A stretch of DNA of 64,000 nucleotides from Salpingoeca rosetta (Eukaryota > Protista > Choanoflagellata). A program made the position numbers and the translations under genes. Under the pieces are notes generated by a model. That model was not told the origin of the DNA and did no database searches. It saw only the letters and a program-made list of their open reading frames with translations. Of this stretch, positions 50,917 through 64,000 are shown one piece after another. Numbering within the stretch: position 1 is the first letter of the stretch; each line of letters starts with the position of its first letter. The stretch spans positions 1,095,054 through 1,159,053 of the forward strand of contig JAWQFM010000006.1 in assembly GCA_033442325.1 (NCBI GenBank). Direction: 5' to 3'.

Positions 50917-53900
50917 CCCCTCTTCGCGCCTTCGTTGTTGCTCTTGTTGTGGTGGTGCAGATCTGCCGGCGTATTCGGGCCGGAATCTCGGGCCGGTCAC
51001 CGCGCTGCTGCTGCTGTATGGATGGAGCATCACCCCCATCATGTACAACCTGTCCTTCCTCTTCAAGATTCCGTCCACAGGGTAAGCGTGTGCATGTGCA
51101 GCACAAGAAACCCCGTGAACTCCAAGACTGCGTCTGTCGTTGCGTCCAGATAGCGATCCTTCGCTACCACAACGTCATCACCGACAACAACAACACGACC
51201 ACGGCTGTCATCAACATCGCCATTACCATCATCACAGGTACATTGTGCTTATCTGCGCCAACTTGTTCGTTGGTGTCACGGCGACACTCACAACGTTCAT
51301 CCTCGACCTCTTCCCTGAAGATGAGGTGCGACACTGGTGTGTGTGTGTGTGTGTGTGTGCGTCTGCGTATTCATGTGTGTGTATTCATGTGTGTGTGTGT
51401 GTATTCATGTGTGTGTGTGTATTCATGTGTGCGTGTGTGCTTACGTCGATGTGTGCGAGTACATGTACAAATGATTCGTCTTCACCATGTGTTTGATTTG
51501 CAAACTCTTTAACAACGTTGCTGCTGCGTGTTATCATGTGCAGGATCTGACGGAAATCAACGGGGTGCTGAAATGGGTCTTCCTCGTGTTTCCAAACTAC
51601 TGCCTCGGTCGTGGGTTGATGGATTTGGCCGCAAACGAATACATTGCGCAGTTTTATGAGTGCGTTTGGGGGGGGGGGGTGCGTTTTGCGTGAATAGGGG
51701 AGCGAGAAGTGACATTCAAGCGGCTTGTATGTGTTTTCTGTGTGTGACTGTGTGTGTGTGTGTGTGACTGTGTGTGTGTGTGTGACTGTGTGTGTGTGTG
51801 TGTGACTGTGTGTGTGTGTGACTGTGTGTGTGTGTGTGTGTGTCTGTGTGTGTGTGACTGTTTGTGCGATGTTTTTCTTCTGGTGCTCTTCCTTGCTTGT
51901 TGGTTTTGCTGCTGACCACTGCTTGTGCGTGTACACCATGACGCGTGACGGCCGGGCACGCGCACTCACAGATGGCCAACCGTGCACACACTGCATTCAC
52001 CCATTCACCCTGTGTGCGCGCGTGTGTAGGGCTGCTGCTGATCTGGTTGAGGGCGTTCCTACATACCAGTCACCATTCAAGTTTGACATCATCGGCAGAA
52101 ATTTGTTTTTCATGGCCATGCAAGGTCAGCACAACACATGCGCACAATATTGCAATTGTGTATCTGTCTGTCTGTCTGTGTCTGTGTGTGTGTGTGTGCG
52201 TGTGTCTGTGTCTGTGTCTGTGTGTGTCTGTGTCTGTGTGTGTGTGTGATCAAGCTGTAGTGTTGCGCTGCGTTGTTTCAGGTCGATGACTGATTACTGG
52301 TGTGATTTCGACCCATTCCCCCCCCCCACGTACAGGCGCATTGTTCTTTGCGCTGAATCTCTTCCTGGAGCACCGACGCGCGCACCAACAGCGGTCGAAA
52401 GACAACGCGGCAGCTCCCAGCACATCCACAGGTACGCTGTGCCGCAACCGGTGTGCAGGAATGGACAGGCGGCGAGGCAGTATAAGTGACATGATCATCT
52501 GTATGAGTACATATCAGGTTGTGAGCTCACGCATGCATGCACGCACACAAATGTACAAACGTGCACCACATGCACCTACACAAATGCACATGCACGCACG
52601 CACACATGCATACATGTTCTCTCTGCTTGACGCAAACGCTCCACCTAAACATGGGTCTAAATCATCATCCACGCTGTGTTGCGTTCCCGCTGGATGTGTC
52701 GCGTCGATGGCAGTTGGCACCATTGACGATGATGTGCAGCGAGAAGCGCTGACTGTCCGCGAGCGGCTGCAGGAATATATTTCCACACGCGCTCTCGTCA
52801 TGCTCGACTTGGCAAAGGTGAACATGTGCGATGCGCGTGCTTGTGCATGAACGCCTGCTGTGTACGTCGCTGCATGTGTGCTGCCTGCATCTGCGCGCGA
52901 CAAGAGATTGCTCCCTGTCACACTGACACACGACATGGTGCGTGCCCAATTACCACTCACACACACGCACTCACACACACTCTCTCACTCTGTCACTCAC
53001 GCACTCACTCACACACACAACCGTGCATGCAGGTGTACAAGGGAAAACGCAAGACCACAAAGGCTGTGAGAGGGTACGATGGATCAGTTCCGTGCAATCA
53101 CGCATACGTGTGGCGTGCGTGTTGCTGTCATTTCAAACTTCCAAAAATTGTGCGGCGAAGACACCGTGCTCACATATGACCCTTTGCCGCTGCACAGGCT
53201 GACGCTCTCTGTTCCTCGCGGGGAATGCTTTGGCCTCCTTGGTGTCAACGGTGCAGGTGTGCCATTGATTGTATTCACACCATGCATGTCACTTCACAGC
53301 CTTGAATTATTCACCCAAGCCAGTGCATCACTTGGTCTGCACAACAATCTCAATCATCCATCAGCATGCCACGACATTTTCGTTCGCTACATTGCCACCG
53401 CTGCACATCGCCAATCATACCCTCACCAATGGCTTCTCTTGACACCAATACCATCACGCATGCCATTGCCTGCAGGCAAAACTACGACGTTCAAGATGCT
53501 GACGGGTGATGTGTCCGTCTCTGCCGGTGAAGCCTGGATTGCTGGCAGCTCCATTCTCTCCAAACTTGATTCAGTGAGTGCACTGCTTGCCCTTGTCTTC
53601 GCGTGTAACATGTGTTGTGTCAGAACAACACAACATGCATGTTTGAGGTATGTATCTGCTCCATGCACCTACGCGCACCTGTGCACGGCTTATGGTCTGT
53701 GCTTACCCGCTTTCACTTCTTCTTGACAGGTTCGACAACATCAAGGGTACTGTCCACAGTTTGACGCTCTCAATGATCTGCTCACCGGCCGAGAAATGCT
53801 CACGCTCTACTGTCGCTTGAGGTGCCAAGTGTGCATGCGTGCGTGTGCGTGTGCGTGTGTGGGCACGTGTGCGCGTGTGTTGTGTGCGTACCTGCGTGGT

Positions 53901-54218
53901 GTTTGTGAAGACCATGTGCTTGCACTGCGTGCTTCTGTGTCTGTGCACATTCTCATTCTCACTCGCGCATATGTACCGTTGTTGTGCCGTTTGATATCAT
54001 CCCATCAAAGGGGGATTCCAGAGCAGCACATCCCAAGTATCTGCGCGTGGGCAATCCACAAGATGCAGCTGACAAAATGGGCCGACCGTGTCACAAAGGT
54101 GTGTGATCTAGCGGGCGTTCGTTCTCTTGCTTTGTGTCGTTAAACGTATCCAGTCAGCACCAGCACCAGCACTTGTGTGGCCTTCGCATTGATGCCGTCA
54201 CACACACACACACACACA

Positions 54219-54258
<40 letters not shown>

Positions 54259-54417
54259 CACAAACACATTACATTGCTCATGGATTACTCCTTGATGTAC
54301 GGGTACTGCAGGTGTATTCTGGCGGGAACAAGCGCAAGTTGAGTGTTGCACTGTCCCTTCTTGGCACGAGCGAAGTTGTCATGTTGGATGAGCCGACCGC
54401 CGGCATGGTAAGTCAGC

Positions 54418-54473
<56 letters not shown>

Positions 54474-54585
54474 TAGTAGTGTTATAGTACACGGCTATAG
54501 CGTATCATAAGTGGGTTAGTGGTTCCGCGGGAGGAAATACCAAGGCAAGATGACAATTGCTATCCATGGTAGCTCCGAATTGCTC

Positions 54586-54622
<37 letters not shown>

Positions 54623-56162
54623 GTGTGTGTGTAAATGTGTGTAAATGTGTGTGTGTAAATGTGTGTAAATGTGTGTGTGTAAATGTGTGTGTGTGTGTAA
54701 ATGTGTGTGTGTGTACGTGTATAAGTGTGTGTCCGTGTGGACAAAGCGCAGCCAGCCCTCGCTCTTCTGCCACGTGCACATCATCGTCTCACCGTCCCTC
54801 CCAATAACCCTTGTCATCATCTCCTCTCTCGTGTCTTGCAGGACCCGCGTGCGCGCCGGTTTCTCTGGTCGCAAATCACCGACGTCGTGCGTGCTGGGCG
54901 AAGCGTCATCCTGACCTCCCACGCCATGGACGAGTGCCAAGCCCTGTGCCAGCGGCTGGCCATCATGGTCAATGGAGAGTTCAAGTGCATTGGTACCCCG
55001 CAGCACCTCAAGTCAAAGTTTGGCGATGGATACACACTCTCCCTCAAGGTACACTACAACAGCAAACAGCGTTGCATATGTGCGTGGATGAGTGTGTGTT
55101 TGTGCGGCGTTGCTGAAGTTCATCATTGACAGACAGGGCTATTTGTTCTTGGACTCACCACAATGTGTCATTGAATGACGGCTGCCACGCTCTCAATCCA
55201 GGTGCAAGGCTACCCACCTGACACTCGTCCCGCCCTACATTTTGTCAAGCAGCATTTCGAAGGTGTGGTATCCACACTGATCTGTTTGTGCAATGGAGTT
55301 GCTGCTCAACAACCTGTGCATGAAGACTGGTGGCTCCTTTATTGTGATTGAATTTCTTTTCATCGTGGCGCACACGCTCACGGCGTCCCACACCAACCTG
55401 TGCTTGATCCAGGCTCCTCGCTGGAAGAATGCCACAACGGGCTGATTCGGTTTCATATCCCCAACCGTACAGTGGAAGCATTGACGCTGGCGCGATGCTT
55501 TGACCTGCTGGAACAGGTGTGTCGCCACCACACCACTGCCGCTGCCCCTCTTGCGGCACCCTGATCATCAATGACGTGTGCAGTGCATCCACAGTCATGA
55601 TTTCTGCATCGCTTGGACTTGACTTTATACGCACACACACACACACACAACCACACACACACACGCACACACACAACCACACACACACGCACACACAACC
55701 ACACACACACAACCACATGCAATTGTACTCACCTTACTCAACCCACCACACTCAACCTGCACACACGCACATACGCTCTGATGCAACAAGGCTGTGCGTG
55801 ACGCCGGTGTTGAGGACTACAGCTTCTCCCAAACAACACTTGAGCAGATCTTCTGCCGCTTTGCGGAGCAGGGCGCTGAGGCAGCCGCAGAGGAAGAGAA
55901 TGAAGATGATAGTGATGAAAGTACAGGGGGAGGAAGAGGAACACCGGACGCAAGGGCTGGTGATTTGGGAGCGGGAACAGCAACCGTGGTCATGAACATG
56001 GCATTTGAGGAGAAAGAACAGGAGGAGGAGAGCAATGCGCTGCATGCTGGTGGCCTCATGAGCGCCAATGATGGCGAACTCTCGAGTGATGATGGTCCTG
56101 ACGATGGGCATGGGCAGGAAGCAACTCGCGATGACCCGGGCTACCTCGCCATTCTGCCGTAA
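40791..56162 (+). CDS. Full-size ABC transporter subfamily A (ABCA1/2-like lipid exporter); many exons
   Basis: [13 protein letters not shown]; [18 protein letters not shown]; [17 protein letters not shown]1: [46 protein letters not shown]2: [45 protein letters not shown]-terminal [12 protein letters not shown]. Confidence 0.95.
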
Positions 56163-56465
56163 ATTCCAGTCGTGTAACTTTCTTTGTTTCTTTGTTTGTC
56201 TTCGCTGGTGTATTGAAGCCGTTTGTCCGTTTACTGTTGGCATTGGTGCCTTTCTGACTGAGTGCGATGCTCGCTCCCTCCTTTACCAACAACCAACGTG
56301 CGTGTGTGTAACACAAAAAGTAACCAGCTCGTTCGCGCCATCTTAGGAAACATCCAACGCACTACACGAGCAAATGAAGCTCAACAAGAAAAAGATGACA
56401 ACGCGTACCCGCACACGCACAGCACAAACTCTCTCGCCCAAGCTCACACATGGAAGTTGGAACGT

Positions 56466-59400
56466 TCACGCCACGTGGGACTCGAGTGCAGTGACCACAT
56501 GGTACTTGGTGTGCACGCTGTCAGCGTTCAACAGGCTGTCGTCTTCGTCCAACTCGGCATCATCTTCTGCAGTTCAGAAACAAGCAAGTGAGTGTTTGTA
56601 TGTTCGTGTTTGACGAAGTAAGAACCAGTTGGCAATGGCATACACACATGCGAACGAAGAGTGGTACAACCACATACACACACGCGCACGCACACGCACA
56701 CACTTTTTTCATAAAATACACGCACACACGCATACCACACAATCTCATACCTGATGGGAGGTATGTGGTTTGACTGGCAGAGTTAATAAACTGGTACGTG
56801 CGTGAAGGGCAGGCCGGGTGGGTCAACTTGGCGGTCCACGTGGACGGCTCCAGCCCACTGCACACTTTTCGCAGCTGTGGTGGTTGTTGATAATTGTGGA
56901 TTGATCGTTGGATCAGTGAAGCGATGAATGTGATAACGAGAGAAACAGTGGGACAGAAGTAAACCTCTACCCACTCGCACACACACACACACTCACACAC
57001 ACACGCACACACACACACACTCTCTCTCTCATTTACGCATATGCAGATGAAAGCACAAAGAGTGCTCTTGCTACGCACCAGTGCTGCGCCGGCGGAAAAC
57101 TCTGGCAACGCATGTTGAAGCTGTGGAACGGTCATGCCGGTGTCCTCATCGCTGTTGTCGTCACGGTGATTGAGCATTGCAGAAAGGACATCAGAGAGGG
57201 CTGCAGTTGGAAGGTCGAGCGACTTGCGCAGCAGTGCAGCTGCATCCATGGCCCGCAGCACAACCAGAAGTCGGTCCAACTGATGCATGAACAATGCGCA
57301 GTGAACATTACAAGGGGAAAGTATGCATGTGTGTAAGCAAACTGTGTGTGTATGTAAGCAGTGTGCCTGTGCGTGTGCCTGTGCGTGTGCATGTGCGTGC
57401 ATGTGCGTGCATGTGCGTGTGTGTTGAGATATAATCCATCTGGCAGTCATTTGTGAAGTGAACGCACCTGAACGTCAAGTGGCAGGTCGTGACACTTGAG
57501 CAGCGGTGCCAACTGTCGTTCCGTTGCCAGTTTGAGGCCTGACATAATGTGGTTCGGAAACGAAAGTCAAAGACAATCAAACCCTGACAACGCTTGTGCT
57601 TGTTTTGCAACGCATATTCAAGAACTGTCGCACACATGCACACATACACATACATGCATGCACAGACATGCATACAGGTACGAACACAAACACAAACACA
57701 CACACACACACACAAACACTTCACATGCGTGCATACATATACACTGTTGCTGCACTGCTGAAATCACCGCATATGCTCACCCAGGACGTTTTCAAGAAGG
57801 TCGCGCTGCAGCTTGACGACGCCAGCCTCCATGACACACGCAAGCAGCGCCGCAGGATCCGTTGCTGAAAACAAGAGACCAACGCGTGCGTGTGACATAA
57901 CCGGACGAGCCTCAATGTGTGTGTGAAGCATGTAATGTGCGAACAAGCCTTTGACTTTCACGCACAGGCGCACATGCACCACACACGCACAGACGCCAAA
58001 ACAGGAAGAAGACGCAGCGTTCAGCACAGGCCTCACGCACTCTCTACGTTATTTATGTTTCTCACCCATGCTGGCCAAGAGCGCGCTGAGTTCTTGCTTG
58101 TCTTCCGCGGTTGTGCGCGCCGCGAGGCGGTTCGCCTTTTCGCACGCAATCACGAGCTGTGCCATCTGCGAGGGCATACACGTCAAACACACAAAAAAAA
58201 ATTGAGCATTGGAGTACGAACGCAAACAAAGCAAAGAGAATGGATGAAAACGGGGGAGGGTGGGCGATAGGAACACGCACACAGACACACACACACACAC
58301 ACGCAGAGAGACAGCCGCACACACACATGCAGACACGCCCACACACCCACACACAGGCACGCACACACACACACATACACACACACACGTACAAAGGCAT
58401 AGATCACGCAACATGGGAACAAACCTGCGTCTGGTTGCCGGGGTGCACGCTGCCCTTGACCTCTCCGCGGCGCATGGCCTGGAAAATGGCCACAAGGCCT
58501 TGGCGCAGCTGCTGAAACGAGCTGCAATCTGACAATACGAACACGGCAAGTTGGAGACACGCCAGCATCATGACGGGACAGAAGTCATTCCCACCGCGCG
58601 CAGCAACACGTCCCCCAGCAGGTATCAAGAAGCACACCCAACATGCTCAGTAGCACACACAAACAAACACACAGGTAATGTGAAGGGCTGATGTCGGTCA
58701 ATTTCTCGCTCACGGCGTTGTTTTCGTGCTGCCAATCATGCAGAGCCTTGCTCTCCGTCCTGCTCACCTTTCACAAAGCGCCACACACGGTCTGGCAAAT
58801 CGAGATCTCGTCGCTCGCTGAAGAGCGGACGGGCATCGCTCCCTGCGCCGGTGGCGGCCGATGATGATGACGACATCGTGTGAGGGATGGTGGATCCACC
58901 AGCCAGGGTCATGTCCCCGGCCCCATTATCGCCGTTTGCGTTCAAGAAGTCCTCGAGCTGTCCAAAACGCCACGAACGTAACACATCAAAAACGTCCCAT
59001 GAGTGCGAATGGGTGCGGCATCAAATGCGCATCATCACATCACGCTACTGAGCGGCCGCAGTGTATGCAGACAAGTCTTGTCTTTGTCTTTGTTCCCATG
59101 TGCCTGAGGAGTTGACCACCGTTCACACCGACTCGTTTCTCCGTGTTCTCGTCGCAACGAACCTTGTACTCGAAGTCGTCGTCATCAAGCGATGGCCGTT
59201 CCTGCGCGTGCACTTCCTCCCATGCAGTTTCCACATCGATATCTGCAACACGTGCAAACACACACCCAAACACACACACGCAAGCAAGCAAAAACGAATG
59301 CGTGAACAACAAGAAGTTGCTTTCATCCATTTTTAAGCAACAGACTCAGCACGACATTGATCACGACCATTGCAACGTTCAAGGGCGTTGCATCACACTC

Positions 59401-61932
59401 ACCATCGACGGTGTGCAGGTGCTCCACGACCTTGCACAGCCGAGCCAGGCTGCTGGCCTCATGATGGAAACACGAGGTGCTGCCTTTCGGGTCAGGAAAT
59501 GCCTCTGTTTGCATGCAGATGCGCGTATCCGCATGTGATTTGTTGAAATGAACGTTCAAATCAAAGCACCACAGTGAACTCATCTGTATGTATGTATGTG
59601 TGTATATTCATACATGTATATATTCATACATATATACATATGTGTGTGTGCACATGTGTATTTACGTGTGTGTACACAAACACGACAAAACTGTGCGGCA
59701 GCACGCGCTTCTTCCTCAGGCACGCACGACAGAGTTTCTCTCAATAGCACATGTGTATTAAGTTGCATGCACCTCACATTCACATCAACACGCTCTGCAC
59801 CGCAACTTACGAAATCGAAGGATGACGGGGCACGCGTGCGGTGGTGCTGAGAGGGTTCGACAGACTGCCTCCCACGCAAACTCCACATGCAACCAAGACT
59901 GAAGGAAACCAACACATTCGCGAGTGAATGCGTGAGTGAGTGAGAATGAGAGTAGTTGTGTGAGAGTGCGTAGGTGAGCAAATGTGACTGTGTATGTGAG
60001 TGTGTTTATGATGAATGAATGTAACAGAACGTTGATGAGCGAGCGTGAATGTATGAGTGCGTGAATGTATGAGTGCGTGAATGAGTGTGAGCGTGAATGA
60101 GCGGGTGATCAACAAAGAAACCTGAGTGAAGATCGATCGTAAAAGGTCTGTTCTACTGTCATTGGGACAAGCTGTGCCACTGCCATTACCTCCTTGCTGG
60201 CTGTGTCGCTGCTGCCGCCGCCAGCCGTTGCTGCTGATGCTGTGCCCAAGATGTCATAGACGGCCGCAATGTGGGCGGAGGGCTTCACACCCACGCTCGT
60301 GTTGTCATCTGCAAAGCGCAGGGTGCCGTACTCCTCCAGCAACTGCGGCAGCTGCGGCAACCCGGCGACCTCAACGGATCCTGCAACGGTGAAGATCCCA
60401 CAACATTGGACATGAGCTTCAACAAAGCCGCAAACACCAGCGGCTGTCGAGGCACACCATTTGTCAAAGCCAAGCAAGCAATCTTGACGCAGTAGTCAAC
60501 ATGCATTTGAACCTCGATGCGTGACAGTGAAGATGTGGGCAACCGTTGTGCTGCCTTTGTCCGGGTTAGAAGGCTGGACGCAGAAGAAGGCAAACCGTGT
60601 GTGGTTGCACTGGATCACCCAGGGCAGAACCATGCCACTGTCCTCCCGGCACAGCTGCGTGACTGCGGATGCAGCCAGGCTACAGCAACAACACCAATAC
60701 GTGTGGACAGGCAGCAGTGTTGTTGAGCCATTACAGTAGTGTGAGTGTGGTGTCAGGGGGCCATCGTCACAAGTCATGCCCACAAGAACGTTGTGCGAGT
60801 TAACATGCATGTGCGCACGAATGTACGTAACATGCATGGGAGACTGTCATTATCTGTGTGCGTACCGCGCCATTGCCAGAGGAATTCCAGTTGTCTTGGA
60901 GGTGCAGCAAAGCAGATCTAAGCGAGACTGCAAGACCGCATCCTCCTGAAAACAAAGCACGTACGAGGACAGGTAACAAGACGAATAGACATGAAAATGA
61001 ACATCCATCGAGCGTGTGTAATGGAGGAGGCATGTCTGTCTGTGTGTGTGTGTCTGTGTGTGTGTCTGTCTGTGTGTCTGTCTGTGTGTGTGTGTCTGTG
61101 TGTGTGTGTGTGTGTGTCTGTCTGTCTGTCTGTGTGCCTGTCTGTGTGCCGGTCTGTCTGTCTGTCTGTCTGTGTGCCTGTCTGTGTGTCTGTCTGTGTG
61201 TCTGTCTGTCTGTGTGCCTGTCTGTGTGAGCGCGACCCAGACATAACGCATACATGTCAATTCGGTGCTTCCAGTCTGCGATTGGGTGATACTGAAACCA
61301 GAGCAGAGGACGCGTCGTGACAAGGACCGCTAGGGTAAGCAGCCCCGCCTCCCCCTCGCAAGTACCTCGGTTTCGACAAGTTGGGGCCGGGGGTGTGTCG
61401 TGTGCGCGAGTTGTTGCAGGACTTGTGTCGATTCAAAGTTGAGGGTGCCGTCCTTGTCATTGTGAAGAAGAACGAACGGCAGGTGATGACCAAGGATCTG
61501 ACGCACAGGGTGCTTGTGCGTGGCTGGGAAGTATGACACGCAAATGCCCTGTCATAGCGCAGCGTAACAATGCAAGTGAGGGGGGGGGGTGAGCTAACGT
61601 TGACATCAGCACAAGGCCGCAACTTTCAGTGCGAAGAGTGAACGAGTGGGACAACAAGCCGACAAAGCCACATTTGCAACGGCTCACACGTCCTTCCGGG
61701 CTCGCCTACCTCGCCAATGGGTTCGGTCGAGAACTCCTCTTGGTTTGGCATCCTGCACAACCGAGAGTGTGCCAGCGTGAGTGTATTTCGTTGCTATCTT
61801 CACGGGCCACACAAAGCAGAGAGCAAAGAGTACCCTTGTCACCAAACACTGCACCACCATTGTCACGTACGTGCGTTGCCACTCTCCGAGCACTTGCTTC
61901 AACATTGCCAAAGGCGTTTCAGGCTCTGCCAT
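56466..61932 (-). CDS. ZWILCH: Zwilch-like RZZ kinetochore corona subunit; multi-exon
   Basis: Spliced exons give [16 protein letters not shown], then [40 protein letters not shown], then [21 protein letters not shown]. These match the Zwilch blocks R.DLDF.E.LW...S..SY.DL...I...L..G...P..H..N...L..L and P...LLEIG..KL.KDY from memory. Start MAEPETPL at 61932. Confidence 0.72.
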
Positions 61933-61934
61933 GC

Positions 61935-62002
<68 letters not shown>

Positions 62003-62100
62003 TGTCTGTCTGTCTGTCTCTGTGTTTGTGTTGAGTGTGTGTGTCTGTGTCTGTGTGTGTTTGTGTTGATGTGAGCGTTGTTATCGTTGTTGCCGCCTGC

Positions 62101-62116
62101 TTCAAAAATTTCGCGG
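62101..62116 (-). promoter_or_regulatory. Putative E2F + CHR composite element (GCCGCGAAA-TT-TTTGAA on the Zwilch sense strand)
   Basis: ttcaaaaatttcgcggc about 170 bp upstream of the Zwilch ATG, in the short CDK12-Zwilch spacer. Confidence 0.35.
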
Positions 62117-62162
62117 CACACTGGTCGAAATTTAATGCAAGATTCAAACGATTGTCTGCAAA

Positions 62163-62625
62163 CTAACGGCGTGAAGGGAAGAAGGGCGGTGGTGGCCCGT
62201 GATGGTGGTGGTGGTGGTGTGGCGGCGGTGCTTGGAAGCGTGGGTGGGGGTGAGGGTGAGGGTGGGGATGGTGGTGGTGGTGGTGGTGGTGGTGGGGATG
62301 AAAGCTATGCGACACGTGAGGTGGGCCAAGAGGCGGAGGCGGAGGAGGAGGCGGCGGGCCGTGCGGAGAAGGCCCTTGATGGTAGGGGTGGTGATGATGG
62401 TGAGGGCTGGGTTGGTGGTGGTGTCGCGGCTGATGCTGGTGGTGTTGGTGCTGGTGGTGCTGTTGTGGATGGGGGCGATGGAAGGCCTCACGGTGCTGGT
62501 GCGACGACGGTGGTGGGGTGGACGATGGGCGATTGCGGGGATGTGGTGGCTCTGAGGATGAGGAGACCGACCGCTGGTGTGGCTGTTGGTGGTGGGAACG
62601 GTGCTGAGGTGGTGCATGTGGATCA

Positions 62626-62673
<48 letters not shown>

Positions 62674-63934
62674 GCTTGCGGCGCAGCAGCCAAGGTGCCA
62701 GGTACATCTGAGCGCTGCTGCCGCTGCCGCTGTTGCTGATGATCCTGGTATTGCTGGTGCGGGTTCTGTGCTGCTGTTGTTGTTGTTGTTGTTGTTGCTG
62801 CTGCTGCTGGTAGCGCAGAGCCATTCGCGGCTGCGCCGTTGCCACCGCCGTTGTTGCCAGCAGCACCTGCGCCCGTCGATGCGGTGGTTGGCGCTTGCCC
62901 GTCCTTGCGTGCTTGCCGCCGTTTCCTGCGCTCCTCCTTGGACCACATCTCATGACAGTCTAAACACGCGTACGTGTGTATTGTGTGTTTGCGCGTGAGT
63001 GAATGTTTGCGTTTGTGAATGTGTGGGTGTTTGTGAATGTTTGCGTGTGTGAATGTTTGCGTGTGTGAATGTTTGTGTGTGTATGTGTGTGTGTGTGCAC
63101 GTGCGTGTTCATGATGCGTACGTGCCCGATTGTCTTTTCAACACGGCCAGACACGGCTCTCAAAGACAGTGCAAACGCGCGCACACGCACACACGCATGC
63201 ACATGCACACGCACGCACGCATGCACATGCTTACGCGCACAAATGCAGACGCACACGCATCTATACAACCACACCTTGATTGCGGGTGAGGATGAGGGGT
63301 TGGAGGGGGAAATCAAGCTGCAGGTACGGGTGCTGCAGCGTGTCATCGGTCGAAATGCGCTTGCGCGGGTTGAATATCAACATCTTCTCCAATAAATCAA
63401 TGCCGTCACTCGTCATGCTATGAAAAGCGGTACGACAAAAAAAGTGGAGGCACGGGTGTCAGTATAGCAGCGTTGCACGCGACAACACTGAACAAACGAG
63501 AAATGCACCAGCGCAACAACACTGTTTGCAACAAACAGCCAAAAAATCATCACGCACACAAACGTACCTGTGTCGCAGTGCAAACTCGCGTAACCTCGGG
63601 GAGTACAACCTCTTCAGCTTAATCGTGTTAAAGAATGGTAACTAAACCAAGAACCGTCAAACAAGGCAGTAAGCAACGCCGGTGTGCATGGGACATCGTG
63701 AGCCTGAACATAGATTGGATGGGGCAGCGCAGTGTGCCAACACGACAGCAAAGGCAGACTTCGAAACACGATGATGCACTGTTACGCACTCTGCGGTATT
63801 CGGGCCACGCCTTTTCGTCCGGTGCCCCGCAAATGGCACAAATCGCATCCAACTGCAGCAAATCGCTCTCCCCTTGAAATATCGCCCGCTTCGCATACAT
63901 CTGCGTGTATATGTGTGTGCGTGTGCGTGTGCGT

Positions 63935-64000
<66 letters not shown>
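62163..64000 (-). CDS. Cyclin-dependent kinase 12/13-like, 3' portion, with His/Pro/Gln-rich tail; continues beyond window end
   Basis: AIFQGESDLLQLDAICAICGAP....WPE; GIDLLEKMLIFNPRKRIS...LQHPYL; QDCHEMWSKEERRKRRQ matches the CDK12/13 extension DCHELWSKKRRRQ. Confidence 0.88.

Overview
Gene-dense, intron-rich eukaryotic DNA whose introns are packed with (GT)n/(CA)n microsatellites. The gene set and style fit a choanoflagellate such as Salpingoeca rosetta (inference, no search run). I could splice together 14 protein-coding genes by hand: a GH31 glycosidase (Aec37 type, truncated by the window edge), NOL7/Bud21-like, a Rab-ankyrin-Roc-COR-TIR-SAM-like multidomain gene, kish-B, exosome RRP46, a TTLL tubulin ligase, AASS (LKR/SDH), a chondroitin-synthase-like glycosyltransferase, RMT2, a calmodulin-like protein, an intronless 14xWD40-TRP channel, a full-size ABCA transporter, Zwilch, and the 3' end of CDK12/13. 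There are two assembly gaps. The standout is the gene at 5866-13558: a Roco protein with a degenerate Rab GTPase fused at its N-terminus and a TIR domain (candidate catalytic Glu retained) plus a SAM-like tail where a kinase often sits, a candidate two-GTPase-gated TIR signalling or immune protein. Other signals are polarised GT...CA intron architecture, five head-to-head gene pairs with 93-233 bp spacers, a furin-flanked insert in the ABCA ectodomain, and an E2F/CHR-like element upstream of Zwilch. Most short ORFs in the provided track are microsatellite or antisense artefacts.
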